Source: an uncultured Gemmatimonadales bacterium (GTDB lineage Bacteria; Gemmatimonadota; Gemmatimonadetes; Gemmatimonadales; Gemmatimonadaceae). Taken from it: 64,000 nucleotides of DNA. The notes under the pieces are model-generated. The model saw only the letters and a list, made by a program, of their open reading frames with translations. It had not been told where the DNA came from and searched no databases. Positions 9,702 to 20,017 of the stretch are shown here, piece by piece; the first letter of the stretch is position 1; the number at the start of each line of letters is the position of its first letter. The translations under genes and the position numbers were made by a program. The stretch is taken from positions 128,001 through 192,000 of the forward strand of contig CAWBZV010000012.1 of assembly GCA_963793305.1 (NCBI GenBank), written 5' to 3'.

Positions 9702-11777
9702 CAGTGACGTTTCCGGTCTCCGGGATGACGTGCGCGGCCTGCTCGGCGCGCGTCGAGCGCGCGCTCGTGCGCGAGCACGGCGTCGATACGGCCCACGTCA
9801 ATCTGCTCCTGGAGAACGCGACCGTCGAGTACGACCCCGCGAGCACGGACCCGAAGCGATTGCTCGACGCCGTCCGGAAGACCGGCTACGGCGCCGCGCT
9901 GCCGGTCGACGACCAGGCGGCGGTCACGCGCAAGGCCGCCGTCAGCCTTGTGCTTGCGGCGGCCGCCATGCTGATCCATTGGCGCCCCGGCTTACTGGCG
10001 ATGGCGCTCATTACCATGCTCTGGGCCGGACGCGACATCTACGTGCGCGCCTGGGGCGCGGCACGGCATGGATCAGCGGACATGAACACGCTGATCGCCA
10101 TCGGGACCGGCGCGGCCTTGTTGTATTCGCTGTTTGGCCCCGAGGTGTACTACGAGGCCGTCATCGTCATCATCGCGTTCGTGCTCACGGGGAACGCCAT
10201 CGAGGCGCGGGCGAAAGCACGGACGACCTCGGCCCTCCGGGCACTGGCCGACCTGGCGCCGAAGACCGCCCGCATCCTCCGCGGCGCGGAGGCGGTCGAT
10301 GTGCCCATCGACGAGGTACGCTCCGGGGATATCATCCTCGTTCGGCCCGGTGAGCGAATGCCGGTCGATGGCGAGATCGTGAGCGGGCAGACCGCGGTCG
10401 ACGAGTCGATGATGACGGGTGAGTCGATCCCGGTGTCGAAAGCAACCGGCGATCGTGTCATCGGCGGTACGGTGAACGGCACGGGAGCCGTCCGGTACCG
10501 GGCGTCAACACTGGGCACCGACAGCGTGCTCGCGCGCATCATTGCGCTCGTCAAGTCCGCGCAGGCGAGCCGCGCACCCATGCAGCGGCTGGCCGATCGC
10601 GTCAGCGCCATCTTCGTGCCGACCGTCATCGGCATCGCGCTGGTCACGTTCATCATCTGGGCGTTGGTCGGCCCAATGACCCACGCATTGACGGCGGCCG
10701 TCGCCGTCTTGATCATCGCCTGTCCCTGCGCCATGGGGCTCGCGGTGCCGGCGGCCATGATGGTCTCGACCGGGCGCGGCGCCGAGCTCGGCGTGCTAAT
10801 CAAAGGCGGCGAGGCGCTTCAGCGCGCGGCGGACGTTCGACACGGTGGTCTTCGACAAGACCGGGACGATTACGGCCGGCCAGATCACCGTCACCGACAT
10901 CATCGGCCTCGATGCCACATCGCTCGCCCTCGCTGCCTCTCTCGAGTCAGCGAGCGAGCATCCATTGGCAGCCGCGATCGTTCAGCATAGCGCTACGCTC
11001 AATGGCGCCGGGCTTCGCCTCGGCATACCAACCGAGTTCGCTTCACGCACCGGTCGCGGCGTGATCGGGAACGTTGACGGCCATCTCGTCGCGGTCGGCA
11101 ACGCGGCGATGATGGCCGAATACGCCGGACATGAGGACGATAGCGCGTTCGCGCGAAGCGCGGCGCGCTATGCGGCCGAGGGAAAGACCGTGGTGTATGT
11201 CGCGATCGATGGCGCGATGGCCGGCCTGATCGCGGTTACCGACCCGGTGAAGTCGACGGCGAAAGAAGCCGTGGCGGAGTTACGGGGGCTCGGGGCTGAG
11301 GTCGTGTTATTGACCGGAGATACCGAGTCGACCGCACGAGCCGTAGCCGGGGATGTCGGAATAGATCGGGTGATCGCCGGCGTGCTGCCAGAGGGCAAAG
11401 TGCAGGCGATCGAATCGCTGCAGGCCCAGGGCCGCATCGTCGCGATGGTGGGCGACGGAATCAACGATGCCCCGGCGCTGGCCCGCGCGGACGTTGGCGT
11501 AGCGATGGGCACCGGCACCGATGTCGCCGCCGACGCGGCGGATGTCGTGCTGATGCGCGGCGACCCGCGGGCCGTGGCGCAGGCTATACGGCTCGCCCGC
11601 GCGACCATGCGCGTGATGAAGCAGAACTTGTTCTGGGCATTCGTCTACAACGCCATCGGCATCCCCATCGCCGCGAGCGGCTTGCTCAACCCCATGCTGG
11701 CCAGCGCGGCGATGGCGGCCAGCTCGATCAGCGTGGTCTCCAACAGCCTGCGGCTCCGCCGCGTGAGGGTCGACTGA
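9695..11777 (+). CDS. copA: Cu(I)-translocating P1B-type ATPase (1-bp insertion at ~10836, probably artefactual)
   Basis: [39 protein letters not shown] are split across two ORFs. Deleting one T in GACGTTC restores [12 protein letters not shown]. Confidence 0.92.
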
Positions 11778-12073
11778 TGCCACCAAAGAAGGCCGTCGCG
11801 GTATCGCCGGGCACGACCGAACGCACGCTCAAACGCCTCCGTCGGATCGAGGGCCAGGTCCGCGGGCTCCAGAAGATGGTTGCCGGGGAACGCTACTGCG
11901 CCGACATCATGACGCAGATTTCCTCGGTGCAAGAGGCACTACGCGCGGTGGGCCGCGAGCTGATGCGCAATCATCTCGAGCATTGCGCCACGACTGCGAT
12001 TCGGGGAACGCCCGATGAGGCGTCGGCCATGTACGACGAGCTCATGGACCTGATCTATACGCACAATCGTTAG
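11777..12073 (+). CDS. csoR: Copper-sensing repressor, CsoR family
   Basis: RLRRIEGQVRGL...YCADI...HLEHC (C-H-C fingerprint). Start overlaps the copA stop. Confidence 0.9.
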   Translation: MPPKKAVAVSPGTTERTLKRLRRIEGQVRGLQKMVAGERYCADIMTQISSVQEALRAVGRELMRNHLEHCATTAIRGTPDEASAMYDELMDLIYTHNR

Positions 12074-13773
12074 TGGTGTTCGTAGGCGCCAAGGATGTGG
12101 GCGCGGCTGATCAACCCAACCAACCGCCCGTCCTGCACCACCGGGATGGCCGGCGCGCCGCGGATGCCCATGCGCCGCATGGCGCTGCGCAGCGAATCGT
12201 TCGGCCCCACGGTCTCCGTGGCTTGCGCGATGTCCGCGCCACGCACGAGCATCCCCAGCGCGCTCGCGGTCGTAGCGAGCCGGCCAAGGTCCGCGATCGT
12301 CACGATGCCCACCACATGTCGCTCGGCGTCGATCACCGGAAACACGGATTGGGTGCGGTTGTCGAGGTGGCTGATGACATCCGCGAGCGGCTCCTCTTCC
12401 GCGATCACCGTGGGATCAGGGTCGTACACGTCGCGAACGGTCAGTGATTCGACGTCGTGCTCGATGGACTCGCCGCGACGGCGGAGCCACCCACTGTAGA
12501 GCGAATCCGGCTCCAGGCGCCGCGCCACGAAGTGCGTGACGACGACCGTCAACATGAGCGGCAGCACGATCGCGGGGTCATTCGTCATCTCGAACACGAG
12601 CAAGATGCCGGTGATCGGCGCATCGGTCGCGCCGGCGATCATGGCGCCCATTCCCACGACGGCGTACGCCTCCGGGTGCAGTCCCAGTGCCGGAAAGAAT
12701 TGCGCGAGGAGCACACCGACCCCACCGCCGGTCGCCGCGCCGACGTAGAGCGATGGCGTGAACACCCCGCCGGAGCCGCCTCCGTTCAACGTGATCGATG
12801 TCGCGACGATCCCGCCGGCGGCGAGCGCCAGCAGCGTGTACCACGGGAGCCGGCCGAACATTTCGACGTGCATCGCGAGGTGGCCATACCCGACGAGCAA
12901 CCCACCCGACAACCACACGAGCGCACCGACGATCACGCCGGCGATCCAGGGTACGAGCCAGAGGGGAAGGCGCCTCCGGAGGCCCTTGAACACGGCATCG
13001 GCGGCGAAGTACACCCGGACGAAGGCCACTGCGACGAGCGCCATCACCACGCCGAGGAGCGGAAAGAACACGACGACTTCGAGGGGTGATTCGTACCCAT
13101 ACTGGGTCGGGACCGGAAACGCGGGATGATTGCCGAAGACCGCGCGCGAGACGACGGCCGCCACGACGCTGGCCACGACGACGGGCGAGAACGACCCCAC
13201 ACTGAGCGAGCCGAGGATTTCCTCGAGCGCGAAGAACGCGCCGGCGAGCGGCGCATTGAACGCGGCGCTGATGGCCGCCCCGCAGGCGCACGCCACGAAC
13301 ACGCGCACGCGATCCGCGCTGAACTCGAACATCCGACCGAGCATGGAGCCGATGGCCGCGCCGAGGACCACGACGGGGCCCTCGCTCCCGGCCGAGGCGC
13401 CAGAGCCGATCGTCACCGCACTGGCCACGGTCCGCGCGATCGCGGGTCGTCCGGGCACCACGCCCCCGTGTTTCACGACAGCGATCTGCACGTCGGGCAC
13501 GTTCGCGCCGTCGTGCGACCGCCCCAGGCGCCGCATGATGTACCACGCCACGAAGAGACCGGCGCCCGTGATCAGCGGCCGATAGAGCAGCGCGCCGATC
13601 CTGGTCAGGATGCCGGCGGTCGACGAGTAGAACGCGAAGTACGACAGGTCGATCGCCCGGTAGAACGCGACGACCCCCAGCGCCGAGAGCACGCCGATGA
13701 TCACCGAGAAGCCGAGCAGGATCGTATGTTCGCTGAGCTCGCGCTTATTGAACCAGTCGACGAAACGGCGCAT
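12070..13773 (-). CDS. ClC family chloride channel/antiporter with C-terminal CBS pair
   Basis: GANVP, GSEGP (gating Glu), AAFNAPLAG, GGVFTP, FEMT, and a CBS-like tail. Confidence 0.9.
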   Translation of the reverse strand: MRRFVDWFNKRELSEHTILLGFSVIIGVLSALGVVAFYRAIDLSYFAFYSSTAGILTRIGALLYRPLITGAGLFVAWYIMRRLGRSHDGANVPDVQIAVVKHGGVVPGRPAIARTVASAVTIGSGASAGSEGPVVVLGAAIGSMLGRMFEFSADRVRVFVACACGAAISAAFNAPLAGAFFALEEILGSLSVGSFSPVVVASVVAAVVSRAVFGNHPAFPVPTQYGYESPLEVVVFFPLLGVVMALVAVAFVRVYFAADAVFKGLRRRLPLWLVPWIAGVIVGALVWLSGGLLVGYGHLAMHVEMFGRLPWYTLLALAAGGIVATSITLNGGGSGGVFTPSLYVGAATGGGVGVLLAQFFPALGLHPEAYAVVGMGAMIAGATDAPITGILLVFEMTNDPAIVLPLMLTVVVTHFVARRLEPDSLYSGWLRRRGESIEHDVESLTVRDVYDPDPTVIAEEEPLADVISHLDNRTQSVFPVIDAERHVVGIVTIADLGRLATTASALGMLVRGADIAQATETVGPNDSLRSAMRRMGIRGAPAIPVVQDGRLVGLISRAHILGAYEHH

Positions 13774-13786
13774 TTACGGAAAATGT

Positions 13787-13798
13787 ATCGGTACCGAT
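13787..13798. promoter_or_regulatory. Palindromic putative MarR operator between divergent clc and marR
   Basis: Perfect palindrome ATCGGTACCGAT in a 38-bp intergenic region, next to the -10 TATCTT. Confidence 0.55.
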
Positions 13799-13811
13799 GT
13801 ATCTTCACCGC

Positions 13812-14291
13812 ATGAACCGGACGGTTGGAGCCGACGTCCGGGCGACGCTCGATGCCATCCGCCGCCTCGTGCAGGGCATCCGGTCGCCGTCCCGGCGGGA
13901 TGCGGCAGCGGCCGGGCTCACGGCGGCCGAGCTGTTCGTCCTGCACGCGTTGCGCGACGCGCCGGCCCACTCGCTGAATGAGCTCGCCTCGCGCACCTAC
14001 ACGGATCAGAGTACGGCGTCGCCGGTCGTGGAGCGGATGCGGCGCCGGGGACTCGTGCGACGCGAACGGTCGGCCGAGGACGCGCGCCGCGTCGTGATCG
14101 CGCTGACGCCGGCCGGTCGGACTGCCGTCGAGCGCGCGCCCGAGGCGCCGCAGAGCGCTATGATCGCCGCGCTGTCGCGGCTGTCCGTGCGCGACCGGCG
14201 CGCCCTGGCGCGCGGACTCACGCGGCTCGTCATGGAGATGGGCCTGAGCCACGAGAAGGCTGGCATGCTCTTCGAGGACGCGGCGGGCTAG
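13812..14291 (+). CDS. MarR family transcriptional regulator
   Basis: GLTAAELFVL...ELA...STASPVVERM...GLVRRERSAEDARRVVIALTPAG winged-helix pattern. Confidence 0.9.
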   Translation: MNRTVGADVRATLDAIRRLVQGIRSPSRRDAAAAGLTAAELFVLHALRDAPAHSLNELASRTYTDQSTASPVVERMRRRGLVRRERSAEDARRVVIALTPAGRTAVERAPEAPQSAMIAALSRLSVRDRRALARGLTRLVMEMGLSHEKAGMLFEDAAG

Positions 14292-15655
14292 TGTATTTCC
14301 AACGTTTCTTCGAACCCAAGCTCGCCAGTGCGACCTATCTCGTCGGCTGCCAGAAGTCCGGTGAGGCCATCGTCATCGACGCCAACCGCGACATTGATCA
14401 ATACGTCGACGCCGCGGCCGCCGTCGGGCTCACCATCGCGTATACGACCGAAACCCACATTCATGCCGACTTCGTCTCCGGCACTCGCGCGCTCGCGGCC
14501 CGCACTGGAGCGCAGGTCCTCCTGCCACTGGCCGACGGTGAGCGCATCATGCTGGGGAACGTCCGACTGGACGTCGTGCACACGCCTGGTCATACGCCGG
14601 AGCACGTGATCTTTATCGTGACAGATGCTGGCGCCTCCCGGCCATGGGGCGTGCTGACGGGAGATTTTGTGTTCGTGGGCGATGTGGGCCGGCCTGATCT
14701 TCTCGAGCGAGCAGTCAAAGTTCAGGGAACAGCCGAGAGCAGCGCGCGGGACCTGTTTGCGTCATTGCAACGGTTCCGGGAGCTACCGGCTGACCTGCAG
14801 ATCTGGCCTGGACACGGCGCCGGATCAGCCTGCGGCAAAGCCCTGGGCGCGATGCCATCGACGACACTTGGCTACGAGCTCGCCACCAATTGGGCGCTCA
14901 AGGTCAGCGATGAAGCGACGTTTGTGCGCGAGGTCCTGAAGGGCCAGCCGGAGCCACCGCGCTATTTCGCGATCATGAAGCGCGTCAATCGCGTCGGAGC
15001 CGACCGCGAATCGACCGTCGCACGTCCACCGCGGATGCCCGATGCCGCGCTTGGCCCTTTGCTCGATGCGAACGCCACAATCGTCGATCTGCGCCGCGCG
15101 GATGCCTTTGCGGCCGCGCACGTCCCAGGCACGATCAACATCCCCCTCACGCGCTCGTTCCCGACGTGGGCAGGCTCGGTGCTCGCCTATGACGCCGACG
15201 TTTATCTGATCGGCGACGACGAGCGCGCGACGATCGAGGCCACGCACGACCTCTCGCTCATCGGCCTCGATCGGGTCGCCGGCCGATGGACGCGCCAGGT
15301 GATCGACCGCTGGCGCGAAGCCGGCGGGGCGATCGGCACGGTTGCGCAGGTTGACGCGCGCACGCTCGCCGACGCGCAGCGCACGGGCACCGTCGCCGTC
15401 CTCGATGTCCGGGACGAGAGCGAGTGGGACGAAGGCCATCTCGCCGAGGCGATCCACCTGCCGCTCGCGACGCTGGCATCGCGGCTCGGCGACATTCCGC
15501 GCGGCCGACCGATCGTCGTCCACTGCCAGGCTGGGTCACGCTCGGCGATCGCCGCGAGTCTCTTGACCGCGTCCGGGATTCCGGACGTGCGCAACCTGAC
15601 CGGCGGCATCGCCGCGTGGCCTGGCCCCCTAGTGCACGGCCGGAGCGATACCTGA
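14291..15655 (+). CDS. MBL-fold persulfide dioxygenase fused to two rhodanese domains (CstB/Blh-like)
   Basis: THIHADFVSG, HTPGHTPEH, GDVGRPDL, PGHGAGSACGK, rhodanese loop HCQAGSRS. Confidence 0.87.
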   Translation: MYFQRFFEPKLASATYLVGCQKSGEAIVIDANRDIDQYVDAAAAVGLTIAYTTETHIHADFVSGTRALAARTGAQVLLPLADGERIMLGNVRLDVVHTPGHTPEHVIFIVTDAGASRPWGVLTGDFVFVGDVGRPDLLERAVKVQGTAESSARDLFASLQRFRELPADLQIWPGHGAGSACGKALGAMPSTTLGYELATNWALKVSDEATFVREVLKGQPEPPRYFAIMKRVNRVGADRESTVARPPRMPDAALGPLLDANATIVDLRRADAFAAAHVPGTINIPLTRSFPTWAGSVLAYDADVYLIGDDERATIEATHDLSLIGLDRVAGRWTRQVIDRWREAGGAIGTVAQVDARTLADAQRTGTVAVLDVRDESEWDEGHLAEAIHLPLATLASRLGDIPRGRPIVVHCQAGSRSAIAASLLTASGIPDVRNLTGGIAAWPGPLVHGRSDT

Positions 15656-16741
15656 CGCGATGAGATCGAGGACGGCGATCGCTTCGTCGTCCGAGGTCTC
15701 CGGTGCGTCGAGGGACGAGGTCGCGACGACGACGAGTTGTTGATCAGGGACGATATAGATGTATTGCCCCCGGAATCCCCAGGCCAACCATACCGTGTGA
15801 CCCTGGACGTTCGTCAGCCACCACAGATAACCATAGTTCAGGCCAGTGACCACTCCGTACTGGTTCTCGATCGCCTGGTGCACTTTGAGCGACGTGTTGA
15901 GCCAATCGGACGGGACAATTTGCGCTCCCGCGGTCTGGCCATTCTGAAGCACGAGCTGGCCGATCTTCGCCAAGTCTCGCGTGCGGAGTTGGAGCCCAGC
16001 GGCGGCGTTATTGTAGCCGCGGTTGTCCGTCTCCCACGCCAGCGTGTTGATGCCGAGCGGCCCCAATAGGTGCGTGAGCGCGTACTCCTGCTCGGTTACG
16101 CCAGTGGCTACACTCAGCCCCACGCCGAGCAAATGGACCGCAGCCGAGTTGTACGTGTATGTCGTGCCTGGCGTGTTCACAATCGGCCGACCCAGGAGAT
16201 AGTCGATCTGGTCCGGCGCGAGCGCCCAGAGGTTATAGTCGTTGGCGGTCCATTCATTCCACTGCCACCCACCGGTCATGGTCAGCAAGTTGTCGACCGT
16301 AATCGCGGCCTCGTCGGATCGCATCGTCGCGATGCGTGGCGGAACGAGTTGGTCGAGGCGCTCGGATACGCCGGGAAGGTCACCACGATTGATCGCGATG
16401 CCAACGAGCATTGATGTGATGCTCTTCGTGACCGAGCGAACGTCGCTCAGGCTATCCACCGTCACTGGCGAGTGATAGTACTCGGCGATCAGAAAACCGT
16501 TTCTCGCCACGAGCAGCGTGCGAAGACCGAGGGTGTTCGGCGCCTGCGCGAAGGCGCCGGCTAGCGCGGCGCTGTCGATGTGCTGGGATGAGGCGGAAGC
16601 GGTACGCCAGCCGCCCGTGAGATCGATGGGCGCGGGGCGCGGCGCCGTTGCGTCGCTACAGGCGCCGAGCAGTGCGACGAACGCGCAGGGAGACACCCAG
16701 CACGATCGCAACGACCAGGATGACGAGCGAGATGGAGACAT
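15629..16741 (-). CDS. Serine hydrolase, beta-lactamase class C-like lipoprotein (start 16741 or TTG 16711)
   Basis: RSVTKS (SxxK), YNS, LRTRDLAKIG, YGYLWW, lipobox LLGAC. Confidence 0.82.
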   Translation of the reverse strand: MSPSRSSSWSLRSCWVSPCAFVALLGACSDATAPRPAPIDLTGGWRTASASSQHIDSAALAGAFAQAPNTLGLRTLLVARNGFLIAEYYHSPVTVDSLSDVRSVTKSITSMLVGIAINRGDLPGVSERLDQLVPPRIATMRSDEAAITVDNLLTMTGGWQWNEWTANDYNLWALAPDQIDYLLGRPIVNTPGTTYTYNSAAVHLLGVGLSVATGVTEQEYALTHLLGPLGINTLAWETDNRGYNNAAAGLQLRTRDLAKIGQLVLQNGQTAGAQIVPSDWLNTSLKVHQAIENQYGVVTGLNYGYLWWLTNVQGHTVWLAWGFRGQYIYIVPDQQLVVVATSSLDAPETSDDEAIAVLDLIASGIAPAVH

Positions 16742-19430
16742 GGCGCGCTCTCGGAGGTATTGCGGCGATTCGAACGGTCGGATCGCCGACCACGGTGAAC
16801 GCTGCCCACTCGCTCGGCCGCGCGCCAGAGGCCCGGCGCTCGAGTTTGGCGGCGTGGAGTGCATCGGCCACCGGGAGCCCACGGGCGAGGCCTGAATAGA
16901 ACGCCCGGATGAACGGCACGGTCGTCTCGTCCCTGATGCGCCATTCGGTGGCGATCACGCTTCTGGCGCCGGCTTCCAGAAAAGGCGCGGTAAGCCCCTG
17001 CACGCCCTCGCCATCGACCACGACGCCGCCGGCCGAACGACAGGCCGAGAGCACGATCAGGTCCGCGTGGAGTCGGAGGTCCGCGACATCGGACGGCGTC
17101 ACGATGCCAGACTCGCCGCCGCCCGGCGAGAGCACGAGCGCGGTCCGATCGGCGCTCCGGTCATCCACAATCGCGTGCGTCGCGAAATGCAACACGGTGA
17201 ACGAGTCGAGTGGCGTGTGCTCCAGATAGGCAGCGCTCGCCGAGTCGCCGAGGCGCACGGTGGCGATCCTCGCGAAGCTCGCGGCCATTCGCGCCTCCTG
17301 GCCCGACTCGCGAAGCCGTGGCAAGCCGGTCGCGACAACCGCCGAACGGTACACGGCTGCTGCACTCGAATGTGAGAACGCGGGATCACCGAACGCGAGG
17401 ACTCGCAGGGCGCGGCTCGCCTCGGACCTCCGTCGGAGAGCCAAGAGTACGCCCGCCGAGGGAACGACACTGACAATCGCGCGTTCGACAAGCACATGGC
17501 CGTCAGTGCCGATCAACGCATCGAACGGGAGCCGGTGCAATGGACCATCTGGCACGATGATGATTCGCGGCGCCGCGACGTGGATCAACTCGGCGCCGAG
17601 CGCTCGGGCCAGGTCGCGCGGATCCTGGCCTGCTTCCAGCAGCGCGACAAACCTGGCGATGGGCGCGGCGAGCGAATCTGCGCTTGGGGCGCCGTAAGCC
17701 CGAATGGTGTCCCTGCTTACGACAAATACCGTAGTCGGCGCGCCCCGGGCTCCAGTCACGAACTCGACGAGAACCGTATTCGAATCCAAGAGGGCCGCCA
17801 CCTTGTCGAGGGTAACGCTGTACGCGGTCGCCGCAGGCGCCGCGTGATTCGCGCCCAGTGCCGACAGCTCTTCGATGCGATCGGCCAGGTCGCGGGCCCG
17901 CCGGCGTTCGGCCAGCGCAAATGCCGACGGTGCCATGCCGCCCAGCGCCAACGCGTGGATGACCGTCGCAATGTGCATGTCGCGATCATTCACCTCCTGC
18001 GGCCCGGCCTGAAACACGAGCAGCCGGAGATCGCGATCCGTCAGCGTCGCTCGCCACGCGACGATCTCGTCCTCCGCCGCCGCGAGCTCGCGCTCGGCGT
18101 CGCCGAGTCGGCTGGCGGCCACATAAGCTTCCGCGCGAAGCACGCGGCCCTCGTACCGCATCATGTGCTCCGACGTATCGCGCGTCGCGATATACCGGTC
18201 GAGCAACGCCACGGCCCGCGCCGGCTGACTGTCGGCGAGCGCGATCAATGCCCGCTCGCGGTCGACGCCGACCGCCCACTCCGGATGTCGGTCAGCCTTC
18301 GCCAATACCACCGCGGAATCGAGATCGCGAGTCGCTTGGGCCTTCGCGCCAGCGCGGAGATCGATCGACGCGAGCCCGCGCTCGAAGTCGAAGACTTGTG
18401 ACGTGTCGCCGAGCTTGGTATTGAATGCGGCTTCGCCCTCATAGATCGTGCGGGCCCGACGGAGATCGCCGGCGGCAGTCGCCAGGTCCCCCTCATAGGC
18501 GAGGACCGTGTGCACGTTGCCGGAGTCGCCGATCGCGCGGTATGTCGCGAGCGCGGTGTCGAGGTACGTGGCCGCCGATGGGTAGTCGTTGAGCTCGAGC
18601 GCCGCGATCCCAAGCACGGTCGACGCGCCCGCGATCACCAGGCCGTTGCCCGAGGCGAGTCCCTCGAACCGGGCGGCCACCGCCCATTTGCGCATTGTCC
18701 CGACGTCCCCGTTCTCGTGATAGATCTCGGAGTGCCGGATCATCGTCACGCCCAGCTCGGAGCGATCATGCGCGGCCCGCTGCAGCTCCTCGACGCGCTC
18801 GAGCGTGCGCTCGTTCGAGTCGGGGTCAGCGCCGATCTTGTACACGAGCGCCAACGCGCGCCACGCCCGCGCTTCGGCCCGCGGCAAGTGCGCCGCACGC
18901 GCGAGGTCTACCGCCCGCCGAGTCAGCGCTCGGGCGTCTCTGCGGCTCAGGATCGCCGCCAATGTCGCGCGGCGAAACGCGACCTCGGCTCGGAGATCCA
19001 TCTCGCCAGGGGGCAACAGTCGCTCGGCCGAGTCCAAGAGCGTAAAGCCGACCGGGATTCCCTCGGCCGCCGCACGCATCATCGAGAGGCCAACGAGCGC
19101 CTCGGCTTTCGCTAGCGGATCATGCGCCGCGCCGCGCTCCGCGCGCGCGAACGCCGACTCGGCTACCGGTACGATGTCGCGGTCTACCCCCTCCCAGCCG
19201 CGCCCAAGATCGGCGTACACTCCGCCAAGCGCCGCGTAGAGGCTATCGGCCAGGGCATAGTGGTACGTCAGGCGAGCGATCGTCGCGAGCCCAAGCGTAG
19301 CGGCGGGGCCTTGCCAGCGAGCCGCAACCTGGGACGCGCTGTCCCCTTCGACAGCCTGAACGGCAGCGCGGACGACGCCGCGCGGGTCGGCGAGCTGGAC
19401 GAGCAGAGCCAGGCAAGCGGTCACCGCCAT
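16656..19430 (-). CDS. TPR-repeat + CHAT (caspase/separase-like) protease with N-terminal signal and C-terminal TM anchor (alternative start 19457)
   Basis: IVPDGPLHRLPFDAL, LHFATHA (His), LSACRS (Cys), GARSVIATEW, WAAFTVVGD. Helical TPR-like middle region. Hydrophobic C-terminus followed by a basic tail. Confidence 0.88.
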   Translation of the reverse strand: MAVTACLALLVQLADPRGVVRAAVQAVEGDSASQVAARWQGPAATLGLATIARLTYHYALADSLYAALGGVYADLGRGWEGVDRDIVPVAESAFARAERGAAHDPLAKAEALVGLSMMRAAAEGIPVGFTLLDSAERLLPPGEMDLRAEVAFRRATLAAILSRRDARALTRRAVDLARAAHLPRAEARAWRALALVYKIGADPDSNERTLERVEELQRAAHDRSELGVTMIRHSEIYHENGDVGTMRKWAVAARFEGLASGNGLVIAGASTVLGIAALELNDYPSAATYLDTALATYRAIGDSGNVHTVLAYEGDLATAAGDLRRARTIYEGEAAFNTKLGDTSQVFDFERGLASIDLRAGAKAQATRDLDSAVVLAKADRHPEWAVGVDRERALIALADSQPARAVALLDRYIATRDTSEHMMRYEGRVLRAEAYVAASRLGDAERELAAAEDEIVAWRATLTDRDLRLLVFQAGPQEVNDRDMHIATVIHALALGGMAPSAFALAERRRARDLADRIEELSALGANHAAPAATAYSVTLDKVAALLDSNTVLVEFVTGARGAPTTVFVVSRDTIRAYGAPSADSLAAPIARFVALLEAGQDPRDLARALGAELIHVAAPRIIIVPDGPLHRLPFDALIGTDGHVLVERAIVSVVPSAGVLLALRRRSEASRALRVLAFGDPAFSHSSAAAVYRSAVVATGLPRLRESGQEARMAASFARIATVRLGDSASAAYLEHTPLDSFTVLHFATHAIVDDRSADRTALVLSPGGGESGIVTPSDVADLRLHADLIVLSACRSAGGVVVDGEGVQGLTAPFLEAGARSVIATEWRIRDETTVPFIRAFYSGLARGLPVADALHAAKLERRASGARPSEWAAFTVVGDPTVRIAAIPPRARHVSISLVILVVAIVLGVSLRVRRTARRL

Positions 19431-19492
19431 GAGCGCTAACGTAATGCGCCCTATCACCCATACGCCCCTACCACTTGTATACTGCTATTCAC

Positions 19493-20017
19493 GTGGCCGA
19501 TCCTCTCTCGCGGGCGCTCGACGACGTGGTGTCACGTGCCGCCGCCGCTGTTCGGCAAGCGGGGTGGCGGTTCGGTCTCTCTCCGGATGAGGTCGACGAG
19601 GTCTTTCAGGACGTCCGCATCCGCCTCTGGAACGCCCGAGGCAGTGAGCAGATTTCCGAGACCAGCACGTCGTATGTGTACAAGACAGCGGCAAGCGCGG
19701 CGCTGGATTTGATACGCAGGCGTCGCGGAGGACTGCCGACGGATTCCCTCGACGTGGTGGATGCGCCCGCTCCGGCGCATGATCCGGAGCAGTCGCTCGC
19801 GGCGATGGAGTTGGGACGTGCCGTCAATGCCGCGGTCGACACCATCCCGGTGACCCGCCGCCCGGTGGTGCGCATGTATCTGATGGGCTACCCGCGGGAG
19901 GAGATCGCTGCGCTTATGGGATGGACCGAGGCCAAAACACGCAATCTTCTCTATCGCGGCCTGGCCGACCTGCGCCAAGCCCTGACCGCCCGCGGCATTG
20001 GGCCGCGTACCGCATGA
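19493..20017 (+). CDS. ECF sigma-70 factor
   Basis: DEVFQDVRIRLW, ALDLIRRR (region 2); EEIAALMGWTEAKTRNLLYRGLADLR (region 4). Confidence 0.88.
   Translation: MADPLSRALDDVVSRAAAAVRQAGWRFGLSPDEVDEVFQDVRIRLWNARGSEQISETSTSYVYKTAASAALDLIRRRRGGLPTDSLDVVDAPAPAHDPEQSLAAMELGRAVNAAVDTIPVTRRPVVRMYLMGYPREEIAALMGWTEAKTRNLLYRGLADLRQALTARGIGPRTA

Noticed and set aside
9695..11777. copA and the six other frameshifted genes as true pseudogenes
   Set aside because: Each has one extra base and otherwise intact catalytic motifs, and the shared sequence context points to sequencing error. This cannot be proven without reads.
12070..13773. Fluoride-specific CLC-F exporter
   Set aside because: Lacks the GNNLI/GMGLI, GREGT and GEVTP signatures, and no fluoride riboswitch was seen.
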